DNA of 64,000 nt from Botryllus schlosseri (lineage: Eukaryota): contig CM119376.1 in the NCBI GenBank assembly GCA_051294905.1, positions 5,084,001 to 5,148,000 on the forward strand, read 5' to 3'. Of this stretch, positions 38,249 through 50,621 are shown one piece after another (position 1 is the stretch's first letter; each line of letters starts with the position of its first letter). Both the position numbers and the translations under genes were made by a program. The notes below the pieces were generated by a model. That model searched no databases. It was not told the DNA's origin and was given only the letters and a program-made list of their open reading frames with translations.

Positions 38249-39620
38249 GTTATCGACAACAAATAATTGCTACTTACGCACCGCACGTTACTTTTCGCCG
38301 GGAATGATCTCAATGTAGGGGATTACCATAAAATCAATGAAATATGCAATGATGCAGAGAGAGAAAACCTATTTTTTTTTCGAAATAAGAATATAGTGGC
38401 GTGCGCAAGCATAATTTGCACATAATTCGTTAAATATAGTGATATATACGTATAGCTACACTTTACAATCTCAAATGAAAACAAGCCAATGGTCGAACAC
38501 TGATGATATATCCATTGGCGAACAGCGAACACGAACATGACAGATTAAATAGATCTCATCAGCAACATTTCCGAATGCCACATTCGATAATGACATCATC
38601 ATCGTCATCATTTTATTAAAATTTTCATTAAATCATGTCTGAAACGGATTGTTGAATCTAAGGTTAAATTCACTATCTCAACATGATTCCAATTGGGAAT
38701 CGTAAACATAGTTATTGCCCAAAGCAGGGGACCAATGATGTAGGGTTGCAGGATACCGATGACCGAGACTGAGATTTCCAGAAAGCGGATTCAGTGTGCA
38801 GATTCATTAAGTGTTCATGCCGCTTTTTTACATCGCCTAGGCCCCGTTGAGTGTCTGATTTCAAATACTACTTCAAGACGTTTCGACATCTTCAGACTAT
38901 CTTTTCATAGTATCTCAATCTTATGGTGTTTTGAACTGAACTGATCTGAAAAGAGAGCTAATTTTACGATTGAATACCAGACCATACCTGTTTTATGTGA
39001 TTTGAAAATTTAGAACCATCATATGATTAATTCTAATTCCGTGTAAATGGTAATAAGGAGATGATTTAATGATACCATCCATATTCAAATCGAAATACAA
39101 GCAATTTCTACTAGAAAAAAACACTAGTCCGTCATCAAGATTACCAGGCGACGACCTAACCTATCGATATGGCCTTCTGTGACATGTCACCCCATTTTTG
39201 TCGCCTTCTATACTATCTTCTTTTACTTTTCATTCAGTGTGCATATGCATTGGGCATGCCTCCTCTTTACATCGCCTCCTAGGTGCGTGTCTGATTTAAA
39301 AGACCACTCCAAGTCGTTTCTACACCTTCCTGTATTTCAAGCGTATCGCAATTTTTTGTGGTGTATTGAACTGATCGAAATTGCTAATAAACCGAACCGA
39401 ACCATAGCCGGTACAAAGCCTACGATCATACTCCAAGGTACTACCACGCATGACTGGGAATCGTCATCGATGTCGTCACCGTCATGGCAACCCAGTTAGC
39501 GACCAGCAATCAATATAGGGCGATCTTGCTGTAATGGCTATCGCTTAGCGCTTAGCTGTGTACATAACATAGAGAAGGTGTCATTTATGGTATCGGTATT
39601 GGAGTGAAAAGTATAGCATC

Positions 39621-42600
39621 ATGAGCCACGTGGAGCCGGGACCGTTGGCGTCCTATGAGAGTCTCGCAGATCCACATTTGACTGGGTATTTCAACAATAC
39701 CCGAATGCGCAAGCATTTAAAACGAATGGGTTTGATCACGTCTCGCGGAGAAATAGTGTCGGAAAAAGTATTCCGGTTGAACAACTCTAGGAAAGAGCAT
39801 CAGCGACACATCAGAGACGTTCTCGCCCAAGCTATAGTTCATAAAGCTCTCGACATGGAACGGCATAGACAAATGCACATTAAACGACAGTTGGAGGAGA
39901 TTGCGAAAATCGAAAGAGTTCGCCGAGTTCGCGCTGAAAGAGCGCTCCGCGGCGACGAAGATATATTACCTCTACTAACACCAAGAGCGAAACAGCAGAA
40001 AAAGAAAAGCAGTAAAAAAGAAAAGGTTCCGATTTTGCAAACCGTTGCTGATAGTGAGGAATATGAGCAAAGACCACCTCAAAGTGAAGGCTATCCTGCT
40101 ATGCCATCCGGACCTCCCTACAACACTAGAGCTGACAGGATGAAAATGCAATATCCAAATGTAGAAGTTGATAACCAGCACTTATACGGGCTCGATAAAG
40201 ATGCGCTACGTTCGTTCACAATGAATCTTTCCCAATTTGATCTCGGCAGCGGTGTAAGCCCGTATTCAATGCCTAAAGGGGAAGAACAATATCCAAAGAA
40301 GAAGAAAAAGAAGAGGCGTCCAGCGACGGCGTCAGGAGTACCAGCAAGACCAAAGATACGACCCTCATCTAACGCTAGATCTCTCAAACTCCACAGGAGA
40401 GAACCGCCGATGATGCACCGTGCTCAAATCCACACTCTCACAAGAGTCACGTTCAAGTATCTCGGTCAAATGGTACATTTGGATCACGAAGAGGAAGATC
40501 CTAGAGATGAAGTCGTAGTTATGCAGCAGCATTGCGGAGGAGAGAACATACGCATTTTCAAAGGCATGGTGATGAAAGGTGACAACTTTGTCGTGATTTC
40601 GAGAAGGCACAGAACCTTCCCGTTTAGCTTGACGTTTTACTTGAACGGAGTTCAAGTTGAAAGGTTGAGCACTTGCTGTGAATATAAGCACAAAACCGGG
40701 CATAAGCTAGGAGCGAAATCGAGTCATTTCGGTATTATCAAGATGGACGGATCTCAACCTTGTTTCAAGTGTCTGATCACGCAAGGGAAGTTGAAAACTA
40801 GACCTGATCCTACTCCTCCTTCGACTGGAGGTAGAACAAAACCAGCAAGGCAGAGGAAACCACGTAAAAAGCTACAAGGTGTGGATGAGAAAGCGGAAGC
40901 TGACCGAGAATCATCTTCGTCATCTTCCGTGTCTACGGATGATGTTCAAACTGATGGACCGAGAGCAAGGTCTGATTCATCATCTTCCGACGATGATTCG
41001 GCGGACTCGAGTCCGCTCACGAGTGAAAACGAAGATTCTGACTTGGACTCGGATTCGGATACAGAAAGCGCACTTCCTTCCTTGAAAGAGGTTGACAGTG
41101 ATACGAGCGATACTGAAAATAAGCATCCGCACAAAAGACCCGTCAGCAAACAAGATAAACGCAGAACTCCAAAACCAAGCGCTACGTCCGCAAAGAAAGC
41201 GAAGGCACCTATTCAAACCAAAGACGCACCGGAACTAGATCGAGCTAAAACACCGTCTCCCGTTGAAATGAGAAGTAAAAGCCCGCTTCCTCCGATTTTG
41301 AAAGTAGAGAAAAGCTCAGAGTCGGATTCATCCGATCAAAAACGTGACAAGATCACGTCATCGACAACTTCTCTGTCCAGCGTGTCGGAAGCCGGTAATC
41401 TCGCGGAAGAGACAAGCAGTCCGAAGCAAGTTAAATCCGTATCGTCTGAAGATGAAGATAGAAGACAGTCGCTTATTTTGGAGGCTTCTAAGCTTGTCGA
41501 CGAGGATGCAGCTAAGAAGAACGCGCCGGAAAGGCCCAAAAGTCCAGAACCAGATTCGACTTCGTCGTCTAGCGATGCCGAGAGTGTGAAAAGCGAAATT
41601 GGTCCTGGAAGTGATTCGATTTTGCCGCTGGTGAAAGGAAAGGCTCGCGTCGATCTAAAAGACAGAAAGCTCACGAGTTCACAGACGGAAGAGCTGATAA
41701 AATACCTGAACGAAGATTCGTCGGCGTTACAAATTCAAGAGTTGATACTAGGCAATTGTAGCGTTGGAGACAAAAATTCGACGCTTGTGTTCAAAGCACT
41801 TTTGCGCGTGTCATCGTTGAAGACTTTGGATGTCGCCGGCAATAAGCTCACAAAGGATTGCGTACAGGATATGTTGGAGGTATGCTACAAGAACCCGCTT
41901 GAGCATTTGTACGTGGGTGGTAACCCACTTTATGATTCCGGATGTAAAGAGCTTTTGGATGGACTGATGAAGTCGCAAGAGACTATTTTTACCGCCAAGC
42001 TGCAGAAGAAGGTTTCGCAGAGTCTCATCGCGTCTGTGCTGAAAGATACAAGAAAGGAAATGTCGGACGAAATGGCTTCGTCGTTATCGAGCGCTTCGAG
42101 CGTGAATAGTCTCGCGTCGTCCGCTGTAAGCGATACCGTCTTGCTGCAAAGTTTGGACTTGTCGTACACAAATGCGGGGCCCGAATCGTTTGCAAGTCTG
42201 GGGCGCTTTCTGAGTTTTAATCCGAAGCTATCGCATTTGAATTTGAGCGGAAATTCCGTCACTGTGGCGGGTCTCGAGGACATAGTGAAACCGTTATCAG
42301 ACGACACCAATAAATATCTCAGATCGCTGTTGCTTGATAACTGTAGACTGGATGATACCATGGCAGAGCTGATTGCAAAGAATATGAAGATGAAATCAAA
42401 GATATCATTACTGAGCGTTAAAGGTATGTCGAATTGGTGTAGATTGGTTTGTTTTCCACTATATTTTCACTACAGTAATAATTTTATAATAATAATAATT
42501 TCGTAAATTAGGTCTGATTATCATTTTGGGGTTACAGGCAATCAACTGACTGACGTTGGGAAACAAGAGTTGGAAGAATATCAAAAACTTAACAGATCAT

Positions 42601-42623
42601 TGGAAAAACTACTCATGGATTAA
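39621..42623 (+). CDS. ERICH3: ERICH3-like (DUF4590) protein with Ser/acidic/Lys low-complexity middle and C-terminal RNI-type leucine-rich repeats, 962 aa
   Basis: Exon 1 39621-42423 (donor G|GTATGT), exon 2 42538-42623 (CAG|GC AAT...GAT TAA). N-terminus YESLADPHLTGYFNNTRMRKHL and QQHCGGEN...RRHRTFPFSLTFYLNG...RLSTCCEYKH match ERICH3. C-terminus has LxxLxLxxN repeats (LKTLDVAGNKL, LEHLYVGGNPL, LSHLNLSGNSV, LRSLLLDNCRL). Confidence 0.85.
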
Positions 42624-43897
42624 GTCCAATTTCTCGATGGATGTGTAAAGGTTGATGTCAAAGAGGCCTGTTGTATTGCTATACAAGGCTTCTTCGAATC
42701 TAGCGACTTTGTTCCGATGAACATCACACACTTCTGCATGACACAATTCATCTGCTCCATGAACTTTAATTCTATGTATATAGCATAGTTTTGTTTTCGA
42801 TAATTTTATTGCGTATGATCATGTATTGTAGTTTTGCAGCAATCTCGCAGTACGTGTGACTTGTATGTGTTGGCTACTTTTTGTCTCGATGTGTAACGAA
42901 TGTTGAGTTATTGGAGAACGACAATGCACACTGTGATCTCTGTATGGTATTAGTTCTACCAAACGTACAAGATAATGTATAGCGTTCTGCATACAAATTT
43001 GTGACAATAAATTACAATTCGGAATCATGTCTCTGCAAACAGTCGTCAGCTGGAATATAGTATTTATTGTGTACAAACAATTACTCATCGCCATAGACAG
43101 CAGAAATATCAAAGAAGACATTGGGTTTCTCTGCTATTGATACAGTCTCAAATATTGAATGGTTATCCCACAAAAGGGTAGACACATGTCGGGTCTTGAC
43201 TCGCCACATTGTTTGCGGCATATGTGACAGCTGACCTCTGTGAAAACACTCGATTACCGGGTGATCATATAACGCTTCCTTGTACAACAAAAGCCAGAAG
43301 CGTTATTCTCGCAAAACTTACATGATTGGGAAACATCCCTTTGTCAACACGATAACTATTGTCAACCAATTACAAGACACGCATGAGCATGCCCTAATTT
43401 TTATCAGCATAATGAATACGTGTATTGCCGCTGAATTACCTTACCTTCTGACAATACTGGTTACTATTTGCTAATCTTTATATACAATCACAGTGTCACG
43501 ATTCTCGCGAAGTCGTTAAATTAGTAAATCTAGCGAATGAATGAATATAGAGCGACACTTGATTCGCGATATATCAGTGAGCTGGGTTGGTTGAAATGAT
43601 CTTTATAATCTATTACAGTGGTTCTTAAATTTTTATATCGCAACCCAAATCTGACTTTTCGTGGCATCTCGCGACCCAAGCTTCACACATCAAAACAAAT
43701 GCATTTTTTATATTAGTATTCTACGACTTAACGAGCATCAATTATATTGGGAACGCGCAGACAACAATTGTAAGCAACACAGCTCTACCATCGTCATCAT
43801 TTCATTACAATTTTTATCAAATCATAATTACACCGCAAGATTGCGATAAAATGAAAATATAGGTGGGTGCTTTGGCCTACAACATGTACGCCTAAAT

Positions 43898-44235
43898 TAG
43901 GGTTACCATATGTCCTCTTTGAAGAGGATTTGTCCTCTCTTTTTTCTTAAACTTTTTTGAAAGTGTCCTCGGAGGACGCCCAAATGTCCTATTTTTTGAG
44001 AATTTTGGTTAAATATAGGTTAAAATTCGACTGATATACAGTAAATGAGCACTGAAGTAACTCTCCGGCGGCTATTTCGGAAGCTGAGCCGGAAAGTAAA
44101 CCTTTTCTTAGTCAACCAACCCCAAAGTCGGGAAAAATTTACCGTTTTTCCGGATTTTACTCCAGTATTGTAAGTCTGAAAATATTGAATTGTGAAAAAG
44201 ATCCTCTTTCCATATTTCCAAGATATGTTAACCCT
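43898..44235. mobile_element. MITE family A
   Basis: tagggttaccata / tatgttaaccct; flanked by cctaaat on both sides. Confidence 0.82.
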
Positions 44236-45547
44236 CCCTAAATAAGGGAGGCATGTGTATGACGCACGCGATTTATAATTGGGGTAGCCTACATTATTTT
44301 CCTCTGCGTGTCGCATTAGTAGCCTATACTGCATTTCTACACAGTGTACTCAGATAATGAGAACGGAGCTATATTCGAAGCCAGATGCCGAGCATATATC
44401 AATATCAAGGATTTTTGCCAACCATTTTTAACCAAGGCTTTATCGCCGCCGTATGTTCGCCAAAACTTCATGTCTTCTTGACGTGCAAGGGTTGGCCTCG
44501 AGACACATGTGCCTCCGTACTCAGTATCAGTTTATTAATAATTTAATCAAGTCAAAACACCGCAAAGCTGCGATGTAATGAAAAGATAGGAAAAACGTCT
44601 ATAGTAGTCTTTGAAATTAGACGCCGCTACCAGCGCAAGCTAGTTGAACACCCATATACGTTACAGTCCTGCACTAAAGCATCTCAACGGTCTCCGACGG
44701 TGTTATGCAGAGAGACCACTGTCGTACCGTACATATCTTATTAATTTATCGTGAATTCAAACCAATTTGTGCAGGGCAGAGGTAGGCGCGCATTTTCATG
44801 AGTGCTGATGACCATATGTCCTCTTTTCAAGTATCAGAAACAGTGGCAAGCATATGGTACACATGGTACATGTGATAATATGGTTGGCCTCATAGTATTG
44901 TTTACTCTCCAGTCCCCAATTGCAGTGCAGATGGCTGATTTTTATGCACTTGGCAATCATTTTGGCATGTTACCCGTCATATTACAACTTTACAAGGTGT
45001 CAACTGTCTGTGTTTTGTAATCATAATCAATAGTATATTCTGGTAAAAGCTATCCAAAGATGTCGGAGACAAAAGTTACAATACTCCTAAATTCTCCGAA
45101 AAATTATCTGTAGTAAACTCCGGCTCCGCTCCGACTGTCACAAAATCAGCAAAACTCCGCTCCGAATCCACTCCGACTCCGCTCCGATGCTCATCACTGG
45201 TTTACACCGGGGGTGTTTCCATATCAATACTATCATTTTCATACCATCATGGGGACGAATGCTTATGCTGTCGAAAATTGGATACCTCCTGGTATGCATC
45301 AATATTGAATCAAGCTCTGCACTTTTCGCATTGCTCAATTTGCAGCATTTGACAATAAATGCGAAAGAATTACGATCGTTTTCGCAACTACTTACTTACT
45401 TGAGTAGATTTTAAGTCAGTCAATTCTATTTCAAGTAGTTTTAGGTTGCTTATGGAAGAGGTACTTCTACTCGTACTTGAGTAGATTTTTCCGTCGCTAC
45501 TTCAACTTCTACTTCAAGTAGTTTTCTTGACTACTTTGACCACCTCT

Positions 45548-46003
45548 GTTTACCATACATCCTCCTTTAAGTGGATTTGTCCTCCTTTTTCAGGTTTTGA
45601 AAATGTCTTCTGAGAACGCCTAAATGTCCTCCTTTTTGAGATTTTGTCCTCTATTTTGAGAATTTTTGTTAAATGTAGGGCAAATCCGACTGAGATACAG
45701 TAAATCAGTACTGGAAGTAACGCCCCGGCGGCTATTTCGGGAGCTGAGCCGGAAAGTATACCTTTTCTTAGTCAACCAACCCCAAAGTCGAGAAAAATGT
45801 ACCAGACTTTTTTTAGTCAACCACCTGATGAACGAAAAACTGTATTTCGGGCACTGAGCGAGGTAAGTTGACCTTTTTTTTTAGTCAACCGACTACGAAG
45901 TGGGAAAAATTCACCATTCTGTCAAGATTTTTCTCCGGTATTATAAGTTTGAAAATTTTAAAAAAGTGTTTTCCTTTCCCGATTCCAAAATATGGTAACC
46001 CTA
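45548..46003. mobile_element. MITE family A, adjoining an ACTACTT-rich MITE (about 45370-45548)
   Basis: tttaccatacatcctcc ... tatggtaacccta; the upstream element ends accacctctg. Confidence 0.75.
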
Positions 46004-46462
46004 CTTTATTAATGAAAATGCCAATTCCCTTCCATCATATTGCCCTGCTCCAAAACAGTGAAAACATGCTTGGTGTATGAGTATCAAAAATCTACGATAA
46101 GTAGGCCAAAAGTCTTCAAATCTGTTGTCGATATCTAACCACATAAAGATCTGGGATATATATTTATGTCACAATTCTATTATGAGCTGCATTTCACCTA
46201 CTGAACCCAATCAATCTTTTTGTGTGATGTGAAATTCCATGGTTGAATATTGTACGATGGTGTATAAATTCTCTCTCTCTCATCTCTGCTATCTTGAAAG
46301 CATTTTTATGCCGGCGAGCGGTCCGGAGGCCGGTATTTATCCGTCCGCAATATATAGCAACATAAATGTGACTAGTGAGCTGAAATCGAGTCGCTGATCT
46401 GTTGTGATTCCTGAGATTCCGTTAATTTTCCACGATATCCGCGGTCCACATCAGCGGTTAAA

Positions 46463-48164
46463 ATGAATATCCGAAATGCGACGCCTGCAGATTTAATGAA
46501 CATGCAGCACTGCAATTTGCTTTGCCTCCCGGAAAATTACCAAATGAAGTATTACTTCTATCACGGACTCACGTGGCCCCAGCTGTCGTTTGTTGCCGAA
46601 GACGAGAAGAAACAAGTGGTGGGATACGTGCTGGCGAAAATGGAAGAGGACCCAGACGAAGAGCCGCACGGTCACATCACTTCGTTGGCGGTCAAACGAA
46701 GCCACCGCCGCTTACGGTTGGCTAGGACACTTATGGATCATGCGTCCCGCGCTATGGTCGAGTGCTTTAAGGTAATTTGATTTTGAGTTATACACAATCT
46801 GTTCAACATGCCGAATGAGTAAGGAGGGATATCCCGCGATATTTCCCATTAATCGAATGATCTTGCAGTCAACATATTATGCTCAACCTTCATGTGAGAA
46901 ATTGCCCATTGCAAGGATTCAATACACAATTTATATATATTTTAGAAATGATCAGGATATAGCAAGTTGAACTCAACAACAAGCACTGATTTTATGCAAC
47001 AGCTCTTTTAAAAGCCTATTGAATATCAGTCCTACAACAACAAGTTCTGATTGTCCTATTAATTACGCATCATCATCAATCCTCTCCAGCTGCCATAATA
47101 GAACTTGACAACTATTGATGTTTGTCATATGCATTATACCTGTGGTCGTGTATCCAATGGGAGTATTGATTTATTCCACTGGTTTCCGAATTAGATTAGA
47201 ATTACTGTATTATTCCTAGGTAAATTGGAATTACAAATGGTCGTTCACACTTTCATTTGTGTGCCTTGGAGTCGACTTTTATCAAAATACACCAGCCAAG
47301 GCTGTGTGAACAAAAAGAGTTCGTGTATCATCTAAAAATAGTACATTGAACACTCTTGTATTTGACATTCCATTCTGGTGACGTCATATTTTGTGCTACG
47401 ATTGTTGATATACGATGTTCTCTTGAATTCTCCACTAGTTGCTGACGATTACCCCTGACGAGTGTCAGCCGAAAATATTCGGTTTCATTTCAATATGAAT
47501 ATACTACTCAATTGTACAAATGAATTTGCAAAAGAAATCCTACAATAATCAAGTTCAGTCTGAGTTCATTCGGACACGCATGGAAATGTATGTGGCCTTC
47601 TTGGTTTCAGTTGTCTGAGTCTGGTGTGACCCACCTCTAAATTTGTTAAGCTGATTACTGAAGAAAGGTCAAAGCACCCTCGGCCATGCCTGCCCAAGAT
47701 CTATTCAAGAAGCTGCTTACTAAAATGCAGGTCTTGTGACTCCTAGAAAAAAGGCAAACGTGTACTGATTTCGTCTCTGCATCTGAATATTACTTTTCAG
47801 CATCAGTCACCCGTCAACTATTTTGCAGGCAAAATACGTTTCCCTGCACGTCCGCGTGAGTAACCGAGCCGCCTTAGCACTCTACATGCATACTCTCAAA
47901 TTCGAAAAAAGCGACGTGGAAGCGAAATACTACGCAGACGGAGAGGACGCGTTCGCCATGAAAAAAGACTTGACCGAGTTCGTGGCTAATTTGCCCAAAC
48001 CGAAAAAACTCAAACTCTCCTTCAGAGAAAGGGGTCCGGACGAAATGATAATGCAGCCTACGGGCGATAAAGATCACGATTCGTCAATGGAGGGCGATGC
48101 GACTTCGGGGACATCCAATTATGCCGAGGAGAACTTGGCGCGTATGGTCCAGCAAACTCTGTGA
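46463..48164 (+). CDS. NAA10: N-alpha-acetyltransferase 10 (NatA catalytic subunit, ARD1), 214 aa
   Basis: Exon 1 46463-46771 (AAG|GTAATT), exon 2 47829-48164 (CAG|GCA). [71 protein letters not shown] and [12 protein letters not shown] are characteristic of Naa10. Confidence 0.96.
47225..47516. mobile_element. Family F right arm plus part of the spacer, in the NAA10 intron
   Basis: gtcgacttttatcaaaatacaccagccaaggc...aatatactactcaatt matches 52229-52463. Confidence 0.85.
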
Positions 48165-48511
48165 TCACTATCACCCACGACAAGGGAGATACTTTTCAAG
48201 TGCTGAAATTATTCGCTCCTTGATATGCAGAGTTGCTTTATGAACGAGAATTCTATTTTTGACCACGAAAGGCCGTAAACCTCAAATGGCCGTCTCACGG
48301 CATACAAAACATGAGATCAGACCTTAAATTACGTATCTATAAACTAGGTAATAACCGACAGCATCTGTGATGACGTAATCAGCCCGTAGCAACGAAATAG
48401 GTATGGCCGAATAGTTACCGAACAGTTCAAGTCATGTAGAACTGGCATATTGTCTTTAGCTGCATAGAAGGTACATATTTGAACTCTCCTTCATGCTGTT
48501 GATATTAGCGG

Positions 48512-49165
48512 TAGGGCTCGTCAAAAATGACTTTCTTCCTCAAATCGTACTGGCTACTTGATAAAATTGTTAGGTTACCTAATTTAAGCCTACACGCCAA
48601 ATTTGGTTCAATTCCAACCAGTAGCCGCATTGCTACAAGAGAAGAAAGTTTCTATTATATAAAAATAAATAGCAAAAAATTCGAAAATTCGATGCTCACC
48701 CCATCAAAGTGTTAAGTTGTGTATAGAAACGATGTTCACCACATTTGGTTCAATTCCGACCAGTGGAAGCGGAGTTATGGCCGTTGAAAAATTTGGATGA
48801 TGAATAAAAGAGTATTTACGGTGACCATTTCTTTAATTATTTATCATAGTGGTGCCCACCGTAAATACTATTTTATTCAAATCCAAATTTTTCAACGGCC
48901 ATAACTCCGCTTCCACTGGTCGGAATTGAACCAAATTTTGTGAACATCGTTTCTATACACAACCTAACACTTTCATGGGGTGAGCAGAAAATTTTCGAAT
49001 TTTTTGCCATTTATTTTTATATAATAGAAACTTTCTTCTCCTGTAGCAATACGGCTACTGGTTGGAATTGAACCAAATTTGGTGTGAAGGCTTAAATTAG
49101 GTAACCTAACAAATTTATCAAGTAGCCAGTACGATTTGAGAAAATGTCATTTTTGAAGAGCCGAT
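48512..49165. mobile_element. Long-arm palindromic MITE family J
   Basis: About 310-bp inverted arms (tagggctcgtcaaaaatgac... / ...gtcatttttgaagagccgat) around a short spacer near 48824-48856; related pieces at 49980-50270 and 53376-54613. Confidence 0.8.
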
Positions 49166-50382
49166 ACTTCCAGAATCAAATCACTCAGTTACTCAAGTTC
49201 GCTCAGCCTTCGCACGAAAGGCTTTCTAAAGCCCACCTTTTCGACAATCTCTGTATTTCAAACTGCAATATTTTTCGATAGGAGTCGAAATTTGCTTCCT
49301 TAGAGTCCTAGCGCACACGTAACTGAACTCTTCAAAAATCACGACTTGGCATAAAAGGCACAAAGTAACGGGTTGCAAAGCGTGCTTCTACTTAGAGTAC
49401 TCCGGTAGTTTTCAGCTACTTACACTGCTCGAGTGGCAGAGATGAGCGGATTTGAAATTTCTATGTCCTAATCGAATCCTAATCCATAACTTTTTCATAT
49501 TCATGTCCAATCCTAATCCGATTCCAACTGGAAATTCAGAAAAATTACTAATTTATGCAATGCAGGGATTCGAAAATTTTCTTTCACAACCAATGATTCA
49601 CTTGATTCAAGATAACTTAGTAACCATAAGTACATTAATAACTAATCTGAATAAAGTTTGTCGTCATTCGCCACACGACATTTCAATCTCCCAGAAAATA
49701 GGTAAATTCAAATCTCAATCCGCTCCGAAAAAAATGTCTAATCCAAATCTGGCAAAATTTCACAAATCCTGTTTTTTCAAAACCTAATCCTAATCCATGC
49801 TCAGCTCTGTCGAGTGGACGGTTTGAAACTATTTCTGCTTCACATATTTTTCAGCCATCTATATAATGTGGAAAGTACTTGAGATATGTCTTCATCAATC
49901 TCTTACGAGTGAATGCTATATTCATATTGAAACAAATCCGAATATTTTCGGCTGGCATTCTCAACAACCAAATTTGGATTTGATCGGAGGATAATCCAAG
50001 AATTATCATAAAAAAACTCAAATTATTCCGCTTCTACGGGTTGGAATCGAGTCTAATTTGTTTTGCATCGTTTTGAAGACAGCGCAACAATTTCACGGGG
50101 TGAAAAGTTTTTTTTGCATTTTGGGGTAAATTCAAAATTTTCAGACTGTACGAAATTCGAGATGACCGGTTAGAATGAATTCAAATTTGGTCTGCGTCGT
50201 TTTTTAAGGCAGTATTTAATCACCTAGCCAGCAAGATTCAGGAAAAAAAGTTTTTTTTGAACAGCCCTACTGGACAATTTTACCGGTCAGTCGAAAATAT
50301 TTTGGCTCATTTCGATATGAATATACATTAAATTCGATAATAAAGTTTGTACCCCTTCACGACTGTAGTTGAAACAAATAGT

Positions 50383-50440
50383 TGAACAATCTTCAAAGTG
50401 GTCATCTATACTGAACAATCTTCAAAGTGGTCATCTATAC
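50383..50440. repeat. Perfect 29-bp tandem duplication
   Basis: tgaacaatcttcaaagtggtcatctatac occurs twice in direct succession. Confidence 0.9.
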
Positions 50441-50621
50441 TAACTGTTTAATTATGTAATGCAATTAGTTTAGTACTTTAAGGTCCTTCATTTTCTACTT
50501 CCACTCGAAGTAGTTATGACACTTCTCGAAAAATTTATAGCATTACTTCCACTTCACATCTGGCCATTATTGATGCCCGGCAATTTCAATGAAAACCAAA
50601 CACTTGGCCGAGAAACGAACA

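Noticed and set aside
38770-39380. Diverged duplicated segment in the RPP21/ERICH3 intergenic region as an ncRNA or enhancer pair
   Set aside because: It matches the 3' UTR of the LINE at about 9890-10040, so these are retroelement tail fragments.
39880-42361. Antisense ORFs within ERICH3 and other short ORFs opposite real exons
   Set aside because: Shadow ORFs of real coding sequence with no independent evidence.
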